64,000 bases of DNA from Tubulanus polymorphus (Eukaryota; Animalia; Nemertea), in the NCBI RefSeq assembly GCF_964204645.1, contig NC_134025.1, positions 7,626,001 to 7,690,000 on the forward strand. Reading direction: 5' to 3'. The translations under genes were made by a program, and so were the position numbers. Below are positions 1-12,593 of this stretch, in pieces. How positions within the stretch are numbered: position 1 is the first letter of the stretch; each line of letters begins with the position of its first letter. Under the pieces are notes generated by a model that saw only the letters and a list, made by a program, of their open reading frames with translations, was not told the origin of the DNA and did no database searches.

Positions 1-1547
1 GATATTTCGAGGACGCTGGAATGGGAGTGTTTTCCGTGTTTGAAGCTCAAATTCCACCAAAATAAGCCTTTCTCTATAACGAATTCAGAAAGGCTCGTTC
101 GTTTGCGTCAATGCTTGTACCACCATTGTTTGATCGTTCACGGCGCCTTAATCAACTAAAAGGCAATCAGATATAAAAATAACATTATTACCCAGAACAA
201 CGCAAAAATATGGACTTTATTTTGACGAATTGACCCGACCAGGACGAGTGAATTATGAATTATGAACGACTCCATTGTTCGTTTCGTTCACTGGAATGGG
301 TCGTCATGGGGTTCCCACTGTTGTTCTTGTTTAATAAGCTATGGTTTCATATGAATTGCTTATAAGCTGTAATTCTAGCTAAACAGACAAGAACTAGTAT
401 TCTTTCGACACTGAATTACTTAATGGTCTTACTTACATGATTTGCGAACGATTATCATGATTCACGCTGATAGTGATTATACCGTTTACGATGTAAGTTG
501 ATGTAATCAATTTTCACTGACTGAAGTAAGGTGATCTGAAAAAGTTTTACTTTCTTTTTAAATGATTAACTAACGGTAAAAAGTAACACGATATACAAAA
601 TACAGTGTATCGACTTTCTCTTAGAATATATTTTGTGACTTTCTGCATTAATTAAAAAGGTCTTAGAAATAAACCTGTGGATACGTATGTATGGTTATGT
701 TGGTATTTAACTATTCTCCTAGTATCAAATTCCTGTTTGATGTATTAGGTTGGGTGAATTCTAAAAACCGCAGTGGGTTTCGCCTGAAAATTGAAGAGGC
801 CATAATTGTACATGAATTGTTAACTCTCCAAAAACTGGATAGAGATTCGATGTTTTTTAATCTAATCAATGATATCGCTCGCCAAAACAGAATAATTCAA
901 GTTCAGTGTCTTCTTATTCAGCCCGAGGTATTTCCATCCAAATTTAAGATACTTATAGTAATCTTGAATTGTTCCTGCTTCGGCGTGCTTTATAAAGTAC
1001 GATATGTTTTTCAATTGGTTTTATATAACCTGTTCATTAGCCATTTATAACCCTCGTGTGTCAAATACGCGCACGGAACTTTTGTTTGATAATTTGTATA
1101 TTATGCCGATTTGGGCCGCTTCACAGTTTGAAACCCGATTACAAAACCGTAATAAATCCACAGATGATTAACACGTTTCTAAATGATCCTTTCATTCAGA
1201 AAAATTCAGACGCCTGCACATTCACGCATGCATTGTTATTTACATTTAAAAGCTGTACCAAGGAAAACCCGATCAAGAATAACTGCCGTAAAGATCCATT
1301 TGCAAATGCCTTCATATAATATATATAAATCCTTAGAATTTTTGTTTGTTTTTGACAAATTGATTGTGTCATTTATGAATTTTAAAGCCTGTCACGACGC
1401 TTAGTTTTCAAGTGAATTCTTTTTCTCAATAATGAACTAATCGTCCTTTTTCATGACGTATTGTACAGTATTTATTTGTTTTTCAGTTCAGTGTATATAT
1501 GTTACACGATAGACATCGACCGGGAAGGAAAGTTTTCAATAATCAAA

Positions 1548-2504
1548 ATGCCTATCTCTCACGGTAAAGTGAACTGGTGGACAAATCCCCGAAAACAACA
1601 ATCTTCTTCACGGATACGCGTTTCTACCAATATTGAAGAACGTTATCTTGAAAATGATCGTATGGATGATGCGTTAGACACTTGTTTGGATACATTTGAA
1701 AAGGAAAAGTTGCGAGTGAAAGCCGACCGGGAATTCATGATCAAACAGGCGAAAGATGATGCACAGCGTGTCTTCGACATGAGAAGAGTTGTTGAACGAT
1801 TACAGGCTGAGCAAAGAGAGAGAAAATTTCAGGAAGATCATGCGAAACGGAAAGCCAGTGGATGGCGGATTGCTCGTATCCATATGGAGCAAATGGCTCG
1901 CGCCAAAACGGCGAAGTCACTGAGCGCTCTAACCGCATCGAATAGCACTGCTTACACCCCTGACGAATGCGTCCGACTCCCATCGAGGAGATCAAAGTCG
2001 TCTAGATCATTCGCATCACCACCAAGTGGAGAAATAAACAACAACGACGAAGCTTTAGACGACGAAGATGATTATGGCACTGAATCTGCATTCGTGCCAC
2101 CATACCGTTCATCCCGACCGTTCAAACCTCCAACTAGAACGCCCAAAGTGCGACAAAAAGTAGCGGATACAACAGCAATATTCGGATCAAAATGCCAAGA
2201 AGAAAAAAAGTCAAAACAACGCCCCCAAACTGCATTTGCGCGACTTGCTGATCGGAAAACTCCGCGTGTAGCAGGTTCAAGGGGTCGCTCATACCAACAT
2301 CTTAAGACTAGTTTACATATTGACAGTAAAACCGACAATGAAAGAGACCAAGCCAGAAAACAAGCAATGAGTAAACTACAAGAAACCAGAAAAATGGAGG
2401 AAAATCGTTTAAGATCCCGCATCGATGCATTTTATAAGGATTTAGATGGTTTTGTTACACGACCAAAACCTCTGGAGAAACGCGATATTGAATATTCCTT
2501 GTGA
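1548..2504 (+). CDS. Uncharacterised basic, coiled-coil-rich protein (~318 aa, single coding exon)
   Basis: Long uninterrupted ORF in AT-rich DNA. First ATG (MPISHGKVNWW...) is at 1548 in an AAAATG context. Heptad-like charged stretches at both ends flank a low-complexity middle. No recognisable family motif. Confidence 0.7.
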   Translation: MPISHGKVNWWTNPRKQQSSSRIRVSTNIEERYLENDRMDDALDTCLDTFEKEKLRVKADREFMIKQAKDDAQRVFDMRRVVERLQAEQRERKFQEDHAKRKASGWRIARIHMEQMARAKTAKSLSALTASNSTAYTPDECVRLPSRRSKSSRSFASPPSGEINNNDEALDDEDDYGTESAFVPPYRSSRPFKPPTRTPKVRQKVADTTAIFGSKCQEEKKSKQRPQTAFARLADRKTPRVAGSRGRSYQHLKTSLHIDSKTDNERDQARKQAMSKLQETRKMEENRLRSRIDAFYKDLDGFVTRPKPLEKRDIEYSL

Positions 2505-3271
2505 TACAATATGTTGATGAAAACGATGCCGATTGTCTCCGTCGGGTGATATAATGAGCGATGGGATGAATCTAAGAAATCTGATGAAGACCATCAGCGT
2601 CATTTGTTCTGAAAAGGTCACTGACTTCACCACCAGAAAGCTTGTCACGCGATTCTCTCTCTCTCTCTCCACATTAGAGCCTTCAACCCCGCTCTCTCAA
2701 CTCTCTCTCAACCTGCGCTCTCTTATTTTCTACTAATTCATCATCTGGGTTATTGATGAAATAAAGATTTTGACTATATCGACCTCAACTAAACCAAATA
2801 ATAACGCCTGGATTGAGTATTGAGTGTTGGCCTCCATCTCTGTTCTAGGCCAAGAGGACAATTACTGAATAATAATTAATTGTTCAATTTTTCAAACAAT
2901 TGAATTCAAAAATATTAAATTCTTTACACACAAACCAGGATGAAATATTTCACAATTAAAAGTTAATCTGAAGTAATGATTTCTGTCCATCGCTTTCATT
3001 GAAATAGAGGCGCCCAATTGTAAATGACTTAAATATTCTATTCATCTTAATTTTTACGTGTAATTTCTTGTTCCATTGTTACTTAATTGGTTGTATACGT
3101 CGTAACTTTTCGGTAAACAACTAAACACAGCTAACTTTATTCAACCTAAAAACACCTCTTTCACGAAGTCTACTTCGCACCGCCTACGACGATATTTGCG
3201 CTTAAGAACATTCGTAATTGCCATGTCACAGTAGACATTACGGCTTATATTACATGATGTATGTCCATAGT

Positions 3272-3368
3272 ATCCTCCCTCGGCAGGGATTCGTACCTGG
3301 TGGCATCACTTCTGTACCGTGGCAATCTCAGGATGCCATCAGGTTCGAATCCATGCCGGGGGAGGATG
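3272..3368. mobile_element. Short MITE with tRNA B-box-like inverted ends (copy 1)
   Basis: Arms 3272-3307 and 3332-3367 are reverse complements at 32/36 positions and contain GGTTCGAATCC. Flanks gtccatagt/ggccattgt look like a decayed 9-bp TSD. Homologous to 15048-15349. Confidence 0.7.
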
Positions 3369-4400
3369 GGCCATTGTCACTGGAAAAATGAACCACTTCT
3401 CAAACAGGACTGGAAGTTGCTTTTTCGAACTCGCAAATGTTTTCATGGTTTCGACGATTAATACGTTGTGCACTAATTACGACTTATGAAGACAATGACT
3501 TAGACTTAGTTGGGACTCAGAATTAAATGAGACGATATAAGTTATGCCCGAAGTTATGTGAAAGACTTTCAGTGACCGAGTTTGATTGTATTGCACTGTA
3601 TAAATGCGATTCTTCCAAGAACGCAGACACTAGCCATGTCTGTTTCTGTAGTTCTGTCGATGAATAATTCAAAATAGATTCTTTATATTTTACCTACCAG
3701 TACACATGTGTGTATGAATGATAAATGAAAAAGTGGCTGCTGAGCAGCTTATTTTTTATGAACCAAATCCATGTTTCAGATGAGGCAATGTCAAACGTTT
3801 CTATCAAGATTTGTCAGTTCAAATGAGGGTTTCAGAAAATACGAGGTTTGTAAACGATTTTAGAAGCTATTGAAGACTTGTTGAGCGTTTTCTGAGCAAT
3901 CACTCCTATGGGATCCTGCTGCAAATGAAAAACACGTGATATTCAATATCGTGTGCGTGCTCGAGATGTTATCTGTTTGGTACTTGACACGCAGTGCATC
4001 CATTATAAATGAGTGTGATTTTAAGCGGCGTTTGATCTAGACTATGTGACTTCTAGCCAAATATAAGCTACGTCATACTTAAAAACGAAAGGAATGCTCC
4101 ATTTGATAAATAGCATTTTTGAAAAATGACCTTTGAATGATGTCTAACATTATAGAATCAAAATTTCTAAGAAATATTCATGAATGTTTCGAGGAAATCC
4201 CCAGCTACACTAAATCAGACATTATACATACAGACATGTATAAAAGCAAATGATAGGTCTACATTTTGTTCGCTTGGTATATGTTCCATATGGCAATCCA
4301 TTTACGTAACACTGAAAAACTTGTATATATGTGTGTATGTGTTTCAGGGTACAAGATTCAGATACAAAATTCAGAATAAAAACTTAGAACCCGTGGAACC

Positions 4401-4500
4401 CATCCTCGCTTGCCAGGGGTCCGGTATCACTCCCGAACTCGCTTCCCAGCGAACAGCTTTAGCGTAGTGGGTTCGAATCCGGCCTTGACTGGTGAAGATG
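4401..4500. mobile_element. MITE with CATC...GATG ends, B-box-like motif and perfect 9-bp TSD (related copy)
   Basis: CGTGGAACC is duplicated at 4392-4400 and 4501-4509. Ends are imperfect inverted repeats, with GGGTTCGAATCC inside the right arm. Confidence 0.7.
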
Positions 4501-5005
4501 CGTGGAACCTAGTTCAACGTGCCGGGTATCTATAGAATACATATTTCTACATTTTCCTACAAAATAGGCTTTTAATAAAACCTTTATTGCTTTCCACAAT
4601 TTCTGCTCGCATTTGGGAACGTCCATCCGATAGGGGATACAGGCGAACACCGTTTTCACACTTTGGAATAACTTCATCTTTCCCAGGAATAAGATAACGA
4701 ATCGTTGGAATAGTTGAAATCCGAACAGGCGCATCTATTGACTGCTGGAATTTGATACTCATTACGCCAACAACCATTATTAACGAAGTAATAAACAAAC
4801 AAAAGAGGTTTTGTGATGAATTAACTTTTTCATATTTAATAATCCGGATTTCATCATAATGTTATAATGTTATAATGTTATCAACTCTTGGAAGATAAAT
4901 CCACCATATTTCGAGATTATTCAAACTGAAAATCACATTTAATTAAGGGATTTCCCTAATTACGCGCGCATAGAGATCGGATTAGCTTCATGATTAAGAA
5001 TTCAA

Positions 5006-5416
5006 TTAATTCGTGAGTAACGTCATGCAAACCTTCGGTACTGTGTAACACTCGCAAGATTCACCGCAAGCCTCTATCCGCGTTGGTTCACAACTATCAT
5101 TTTTCTTTATCATACCGGCATCATACTCCCTTTTACTATAACCTCTCCTGAAAAAGCACAATTCTGTCCGTGGTTTAATTCATGAATTGACCTTTTTGTT
5201 CCGAGTGGTTGTGTGTTCCTCCGAGGGATAAGAAAAACCGAAAATCGTTTAAATAGGAGATGGTTGAGAAATAGTAAATAAAACGCGGTTGTTGACTTAC
5301 GTACTTGCAACATTGATTTTCTTCGCACTTGACGCACGTGGTCAGTACCCAAGTTCCGTTCTCAGTGGTTACGTAATATTCGCTGTCCAATGTGTTGAGG
5401 AAATCTTCTTTGATTT
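5006..5416 (-). CDS. Putative last two exons of a small cysteine-rich protein (5416-5305 and 5147-5006); upstream exon(s) not found
   Basis: Pyrimidine-rich acceptors (ttattgcag, tttttcag), a GTACGT donor and matching phase 2. Spliced product: ...TWVLTTCVKCEENQCCK|RGYSKREYDAGMIKKNDSCEPTRIEACGESCECYTVPKVCMTLLTN*. Confidence 0.45.
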
Positions 5417-6369
5417 CTGCAATAACCAAAACAAATTAATACAAGACAAATATGTTTTCAAGACTAAACGATAAAAGTCTGATAAAAGATAAAAACTATA
5501 AAAAACAAATAAATTATCTTATAACTAGATGATAATTTCTTCGGAAAAATGTGGTTTTCTCTGGGGGTAATATTTACCTTCAGCCGTCTCAGCCGTGAAA
5601 CATTCACCAACGTGACCGAAAATGTACTGCTCGGTTACAACAAATAGTATGAGAAAGTAACAGCAGAACATTTTTAATTTCATCCCCGAGAACATTGTGA
5701 AGAGCGTTCGATCTTTGGTTCTATCTTCAAAAAACCATGGAATGATTGAAAAGAAAAAGTAGAATAAGATAATAGAAAATAGACTAATTCAGTTTCTTCA
5801 CAGTGTTAAGTTAGACATTTCAGAGTAATTTTTAATTATGGTTAACGACACCTTAGTAAAAATTAAAATCCACAACTATGAAACTGAATCTGCATAAATC
5901 GCCTGGGAGTGGCTCTGTGCCTTCTGGAACAGTGATAATCCAGTTCTGTTCGATTCCGTTAGTCGCTAATTAAAAAGAATTGCCCACAATAATTCCAACA
6001 TATGGCACTTTTCACTTGACCCTTTAATCATTGTCGAGAGCAGAAAGTGGTGTAATTGGACAATTTCTATTGCAAACATATTGTAGATCGTGTAGAATTT
6101 TTCATGGAATAGTTCACAGAATTAGTGAAGTTAATGAGGAAGGATATGGCAATTCAAGTACCACAGGAAACACCCGCGGGTACCGAAACCCATCGTGAAG
6201 AAATTCAACTTAAACGGTATTAGATTGTCATTACTAGAATGAAAAATCTTTGAATGTTTATGATGCAATGTTTTGGGATGTATTAGTGTATGTCGGGGTA
6301 GCATTCGAGGAACTACATCAAACAAGGAACCGCTAGAGGGTGTCATTTTCAACCTTCACGGCGGCGGCC

Positions 6370-6408
6370 GCGCACCTAGAGCGGCGCTGCGCGCCGCTCT
6401 AGGTGCGC
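6370..6408. repeat. Perfect 18-bp GC-rich hairpin
   Basis: GCGCACCTAGAGCGGCGC (6370-6387), TGC loop, GCGCCGCTCTAGGTGCGC (6391-6408). Confidence 0.9.
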
Positions 6409-6473
6409 TGCGCTACGCTGTCACTTCCTGGTTCCGCTGCGGAATTTAAACATTTAACTAAAAGATCCACAGG

Positions 6474-6569
6474 GACTTGAAAAAAGGATTTTGACCCCAG
6501 TATCCTAGGTACTATATATAAAAAGACAGTACCTAGGATACTGAGGTCAAAATCGTTTTGTGTCAAGTC
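6474..6569. repeat. Long inverted repeat with an AT-rich (TATATAAAA) loop
   Basis: GATTTTGACCcCAGTATCCTAGGTACT versus AGTACCTAGGATACTGaGGTCAAAATC (27 bp, 1 mismatch), extended outward by GACTTGA/TCAAGTC. Confidence 0.85.
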
Positions 6570-7322
6570 AGTGTAAAGATCTGCTCTGTCATGTTTTTCA
6601 CGTCACTTGTCTTATTCAACAAAATTGGCTAATTTTTTGCATGTCCTAATTTACTGCATGTTTAGGTCCTATCATTCAAAATCATCGATATCATCTCCAA
6701 AACCAAAGGGACGTTGAACCAGTCCAAAGTCTTTGAGAAATAGACACTGGCCCAAGTGTCTATTCGTAACTTTTGGAGCCTACCAACTTACCCCGGTATG
6801 GTATGTAGAGTAAATTACTGGGAGTTTTTCGGACGGGATTGTCTTACTTGTTTTGAGGGATGCTCAGATCCAGGGTTTCAACCTCTTTTCGGACCAGCCC
6901 TTTTGAAAATCTCACTACAAAAGATTCCACCCTACAAATGATCTCAGCATATGACAAAAGTCTGCAGCTTAGTGGTGTGTCGCGCCTGCCCCACTCAGTG
7001 CGATTGGACACTTTTCACAACGATAAAATGCCCTTGTCATATAAAGTGAACCCCCACCCCATTTTTCCCAGCCTGGATCTGCCCCTGGGATGCTTATATA
7101 GTCACATGTCACATTGCTTGGTTTTCACAAGCATTTCTTACTTACTTGCTGGACAGATAGGAGATATTTATTTTTTGCTGGAAACTGCTCGTGAGAGTGT
7201 GTACATCTGTTATTGTGAAATATGCTGTCTGGGTGATCATGCACATTAATTTTTTTCTTAATTGAGTTGGCCCCCGGGTTAAAGTTAATACCACAGTCTG
7301 GGCCTGTGTGTGTATCAGTAAT

Positions 7323-7614
7323 CATGGGCGTCGCTAGGGGGATTCGGTAGTTAAAACGAACCCCCTTTTTTTGAATTTTCAAACGTCGACGAACGTCGGC
7401 TCATGGTTTGCATTTGCTAAATTAGCAAAATAAAATCAATACATGCAAAGACAAAGTAAACGGGAACCAGTCTACCTATAAACGGGAACCAGTCTATCTA
7501 TCGGCCTCAGATTGCACCAGAACATGCCTGCTTGCACAAAATTTTCTGGGGAGGACACCCAGACCCCCTCTATTCCTAAAAATGAACTCCAAAAAAATCC
7601 TGGTGACGCCCATC
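7323..7614. mobile_element. MITE with ATGGGCGTCGCTAGG / CCTGGTGACGCCCAT terminal inverted repeats
   Basis: Imperfect ~15-bp TIRs and an internal tandem duplication (aaacgggaaccagtctac/t). TSD unclear. Confidence 0.6.
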
Positions 7615-9617
7615 ATAATAGACATTTATGTATTGTCCACGTTTTTATTAGCAGGGAAGATTGCTGTTTTCGTATTGAGTCGACCACCAGTGCCTCCTAG
7701 GGTTATAAGTAAATGGATTGGCAGATAATATGTTACCAGGTTATGATGATTCATGGCTGAACTGGCGAGCATAAAGAAGAAATGCTGTGAACAGTTATGA
7801 GTATTCATTATTACATATTTATACAAAATCACATAAAATTTTGATAATTGACATACATTTTTTTATCTACTTGCAGCATACTGACAGAAAACTACAAACA
7901 GAGAAACAGAGTGGGAACCAATAAGACTTATCACGCTGTTAACTCTTCTTCTGAACCGTATCTGAACCGTATCGAGTGATTATAAGACCGTTGGGTGGGA
8001 CTCCCTTTTGATGTGTTGATTCAACTAAAACAGTTAACCACGGTTAACTCGACACTTAGGGGATTGTGATAAAAGTGACGACTTATCCAGATGATCACTT
8101 ACATTTGGCAGATTTGATTATAAATACATATTAGAAATACAGATTGTGACTTGAGTATTTATGTTTCAAACATCACTTTGACTTATCATTATGAGCACTT
8201 AACCAAATTTGACTTTGGATTGACTTCCTTGTACATCTCTGGAGTTATAAACATAATGATTATCAAACTGTAATCTTGGTTGATGCTTTATAATGGCTGA
8301 TTAATTTGGGGACTGGTATGATAATGATGAACTTTTAATTAGTATCTGGTTAACGTTAAAATATGAGGTTATGTAGCTGGTAGATGTGTATATAGCAGTA
8401 TACAGCATGTATCATCCAACTGCCTTATTTCTATTTTTTTTTACAAGTGGCATGTATAGATTGAATATGTGATTGAAAAATGAAAATAAAGCTTGAATAG
8501 TAATAAAGTCTTTGTATGGAAATTTTCGTTTTATCTATCTGATTCCAATGTGGATTTTGTTTCTAAGGAAATGGAGATTGCAGGTGATCCCAGCCCTTCA
8601 CACATTCTATATTTATTACATTTGATCTCGCATAACAATTTTATACGACGGAATTTATCAAAATCAAACTACGAAGTTTCGGCTGTTGACTCATCGGCGA
8701 AAAATCCAGACCAGACTTGCAGGATATAGAGGCCATTTTCTCCCATACCGTATTAATTCGTTTACAGACCTACTTTAATCAATGCAGGAACTAGAGCTGC
8801 CAGTAGCCGATGCCTGAATGTGGCCCTGCTTTAAAATCATTGAATTTCCCATCTAACAATCTTCCATCTAACAATTTTAATAAAAAATGCACATTTTTAT
8901 TACATATATTAATAAATATTTGTCAAAAACATATTGTGTAATTTTTATCTAATTATGATTATTGACGTCAGGGGAATTTTTGTGAACTGAGTTCAGGTTT
9001 GAAATTTCGAAAAGATAAAAATTGTAGAGAATTTACTCAACCAAAAAGTTCAAAGAAACCTATGGCTGGCCCATCAAGTACCGTAAAATGCAACGTTTAC
9101 CAACACTTACTTGTCAGGATCACTGGGGATAAGGCCATAAGGGTTATCACTGTAAACATGGCAGAAAAGATTCATGCGTCTTTTAAATTAATCTGAAAAA
9201 AGCGCCTAGATCGTGATAAACCCCACTCCGTGATCGACATGAAGAAATGACAAGTTGTTTTTGGAGAAATAAAAAGATATTGCATTTGCAGCATATTGAA
9301 CATAAACAAATTGACAATTTTGATGGTTTTACGAGAGTGTTGGTTATTCAAATGAAATGGTCACTTGGAAATACAATGAAAGATCACCAAGTTTTTGGGA
9401 GTACCCTTTTCAAAGCGCTCTTTCGAATTGTGCACAGGCAAAACTAGGCGCTGGGAACCTCGATCCTGGCGACATGGTAGGGAGGTCAAGTAGAATTGTT
9501 GCTAAAAGGTGTTTTTATGATCTTTAGCAATGTGAAGACATTTCTAGCTATGGTATAAGCAGCAATTTGTTCTTTTTAGTGCACAATCATAAATGAAACG
9601 GATCCACCTGTACTATG

Positions 9618-9791
9618 CACAGGGGTTCGTATCAGAGTTGTAGGTAATGATAAAACGATAATCTGTTAATGCAATGTCTATAGTATATATAAAATAATAT
9701 AATATATAAAGTTATTTTATATATACTATAGACATTGCATTAACAGATTATCGTTTTTACATAATCTACAACTCTGATACGAACCCCTGTG
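9618..9791. mobile_element. Foldback MITE, hAT-type 8-bp TSD
   Basis: Near-perfect ~80-bp arms CACAGGGGTTCGTATCAGAGTTGTAG.../...CTACAACTCTGATACGAACCCCTGTG with a short AT loop. Flanks gtactatg (9610-9617) and gttctatg (9792-9799). Confidence 0.85.
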
Positions 9792-9851
9792 GTTCTATGG
9801 TTTGAATTTCAGATAATTGCTCGTAGATTCGTAGAAGTACGTGAATAATAT

Positions 9852-9996
9852 GAATAAATTGACCTTAAAATTGTATCTACTTGCACTCCAAATCAAAATG
9901 TAGGGGGTTACCTACTTTGGAGAATTGGGGTTTTTCACCGAGGGGACATTACCTATAGGGGATCTTTAACTAGGTGATTTTTTTTACCCCTAACCC
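9852..9996. mobile_element. Solo degenerate Mutator-type TIR copy
   Basis: Direct similarity to 12451-12593 (aataaattgaccttaaaattgtatcta...tacctacttt...aattgggg). Confidence 0.6.
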
Positions 9997-10208
9997 TTTT
10001 AATTAACTAGTGATTTAAAGAATTGTAGACTGAGTTTAGATAACCGAATTAGATACATCGATTCGTAATATCAATATATAGTGGCCGAGTAATTATTCGT
10101 TATCACCTGGTACGCTTTCCGTGATCATATTGTGTACGTACGTAATTGAAGGAATTACGGGGTCATCTAGATTTAATAAGGTTCAATGTATAATGGCTTG
10201 TAAGCTCT

Positions 10209-10876
10209 GGTTAGCGGTAAAAATCCCCAATTCTTCAGAGTAGGTAAAAATCCCCCTCCTTTTGAATGAAGTGATACAATTTGAGGTAAATTAATTCAGA
10301 TACACATATCCAATTTATTTATATTTTACCGTGGAAAACCATAAGGATATCACGAGCGTACAAACTATAGTATACACTAATTGCATTAAAACTTACAACA
10401 AATTAACAGTTCATTAATACCAAATTAGTACTTTAAGTTATAGCAGTTAATGAAAGGGTTCATCGCACATTTAAAATTTATCGCACTAGCTTGAATCTAA
10501 AGTATTTCAAATTAAAGGTTCATTATTTCTATTAACTCATGGCATCGCACAGCTGAAATACAAGTTAACACGATTTCACAGTTCAAAAATATACCATTTC
10601 AGTTCGAATTGTACGATATAAAGAATAATAAGTTCATTATTCTTATCAATTCTAACAATTTATCTTATTCTAAGAGTTAACTAATTCACCCCAACGAAAG
10701 ATTTCATTGCGCAGTTCAAACATATTTCAATCTCATTGCAAATGAATAAAATTTCAGAAACATTTTGCTTTGAAATGTTCTTGAACATCATTGAAAAGTG
10801 GGGAATTTTACCTACTTTGAATATTTGGGGATTTTTACCTAGAGAATTTTTACAGAGGGGGCTTTTAACTACAACC
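10209..10876. mobile_element. Non-autonomous Mutator (MULE) element
   Basis: Left end GGTTAGCGGTAAAAATCCCC... is inverted relative to right end ...GGGGATTTTTACCT...ACAACC. 9-bp TSD gtaagctct (10200-10208) / gttagctct (10877-10885). Confidence 0.75.
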
Positions 10877-10977
10877 GTTAGCTCTTTGCCTATGCTTACT
10901 TTGAATTACGACAAATTTAAATCGAACTGTTTTCCGCTTGCTGCTTTCAAGTTTTTAATTCCTCACCAATATCCTTT

Positions 10978-11936
10978 GTGAACTTTGCGATGGCACCACC
11001 GCTTTTTTCTCAGGTGTATGTCATCCATGCTCCTTTGGTTGACAATATAACAGTTCCTTTAGTGTACACATTCTTACAGCGGAAGTCAGAAGGTACATAC
11101 GAGGATTTGTTCAATGCCATCAGTGAAAATGTCGATGGTATTGATCCCGATACAGTTATAGTGGACTTTGAGATGTTCATCACGCGTTAAGAGCTGTCTT
11201 CGGCGATGCACTGCAGATTCAGGGTTGTTTTTATCACCTAAGACAATCAACCTGGCGCAAGATACAAGAGCTCGGGATGGCAAATCGGTAAGAAAATGAC
11301 CTTTTTTTAATTTTTAAAATAATTGAATGATTTTGTACAAATTGTTGTTGACTCATTTACTCTTATGTATTCAGGTATCAGAATGAGGACGATTTCAAGT
11401 TATTCTGTGGGCTTGATGGTTTGGCATTTCTTCCCACTGCGGATGTTGTGGCGGGAATGCAACATCTACGAGATGTTGCCCCAGATGGTTGTGATCCTCT
11501 TATTAACTACTTCGATGCGACATATGTTAATGGAACATATAGGGAAAGAAGAATCGGAGAAGAGAATCGACACATAATACGGAGAATTGCTCCGAGATTC
11601 GCACCCGAGAGATGGAACGTAAATCGAGCAACTTTAAACTCTGACCCCAAAACTAATAATGTTTCAGACGGATGGAACAACAGATTCCGCAATTTGATTG
11701 GGCACAAACACCCTTCTATATGGCGCGCCATCCGTACCATTCAAATGGAACAGAGTGTCACAAGCACCAAGATAATGGAAAACGCCATCGGTGGAGTTCC
11801 ACAACGACGGGTTAGCAACATCCATCGTCCGTTACACGAACGATTACAAATACTGTGTCGACAATACAATGATGGACATTTGAATATGGCCGATTTCCTG
11901 CGTGGTGTGGGTCATAACATTCCGCTTGGAAATTAG
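10978..11936 (+). pseudogene. Decayed Mutator (MULE) transposase, C-terminal part, with one intron (~11288-11374)
   Basis: MULE motifs PPLFSQVYVIH, PLVYTFL, IVDFE, GCFYHLRQSTWRKIQELG, LAFLP, YFDATY and TNNVSDGWNNRF...HPSIW. Frameshift after VDFEM, D in place of the usual catalytic E, and 5' truncation. Confidence 0.85.
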
Positions 11937-12450
11937 AATTGATAAACGTTAACTAAAGTAACTTTTAACTTGGCGTACTTTTTGAAAATAAAACTGAACT
12001 GTGCGATGATCTCTTTTTAACTTATATTTTGCGCGATGCAGTACTGTGCGATGTGATTTACAATGTGATGCGATTTTGTACATTAATTAACTTCTAATTT
12101 GTAATACTTTTTAAACTTCAAAATGTAATATCTTTTACCTATTTGATGAGCCATTTTTAACTTGTGATATATTATTTAAGCTGTGCATTATAAATAAACT
12201 TTTAATTTAGAGTGCTTTTTGAAAATTAAAATCATAATATGTTTGAACTGTGCGATTGTTTTCTTTTTAACTTATATTTTGTGCGATACAGTATTAATGA
12301 ACAACCAATTTGTAATTTTTAATGTGATGCGATTTTGTGAATTAATTAACTTCTAATTTTGTATTTTTCATTGAAATGCGATAACTGCTATACATGATAT
12401 TTCTATGTAACGCAATTATAAGGTAAATAATAAATAGAATATATTAATAC

Positions 12451-12593
12451 GAATAAATTGACCTTAAAATTGTATCTAATTTGGACTCCATTCAAAAGGT
12501 GGGGGATTTTTACCTACTTTGAATAATTGGGGATTTTTACCTGGGGGATTTTTACCTGGGGGATTTTTACCTAGGGGATTTTTACCTACAACC
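12451..12593. mobile_element. Right TIR of the MULE, with tandem GGGGATTTTTACCT sub-repeats
   Basis: Several tandem copies of the ~15-bp motif ending in ACAACC. Same terminus family as 10209-10876. Confidence 0.75.

Noticed and set aside
5523-5810. ACTAGA-starting segments (also ~8790 and ~18247) as Helentron-derived elements
   Set aside because: Only the short start motif is shared. Boundaries and subterminal hairpins could not be established.
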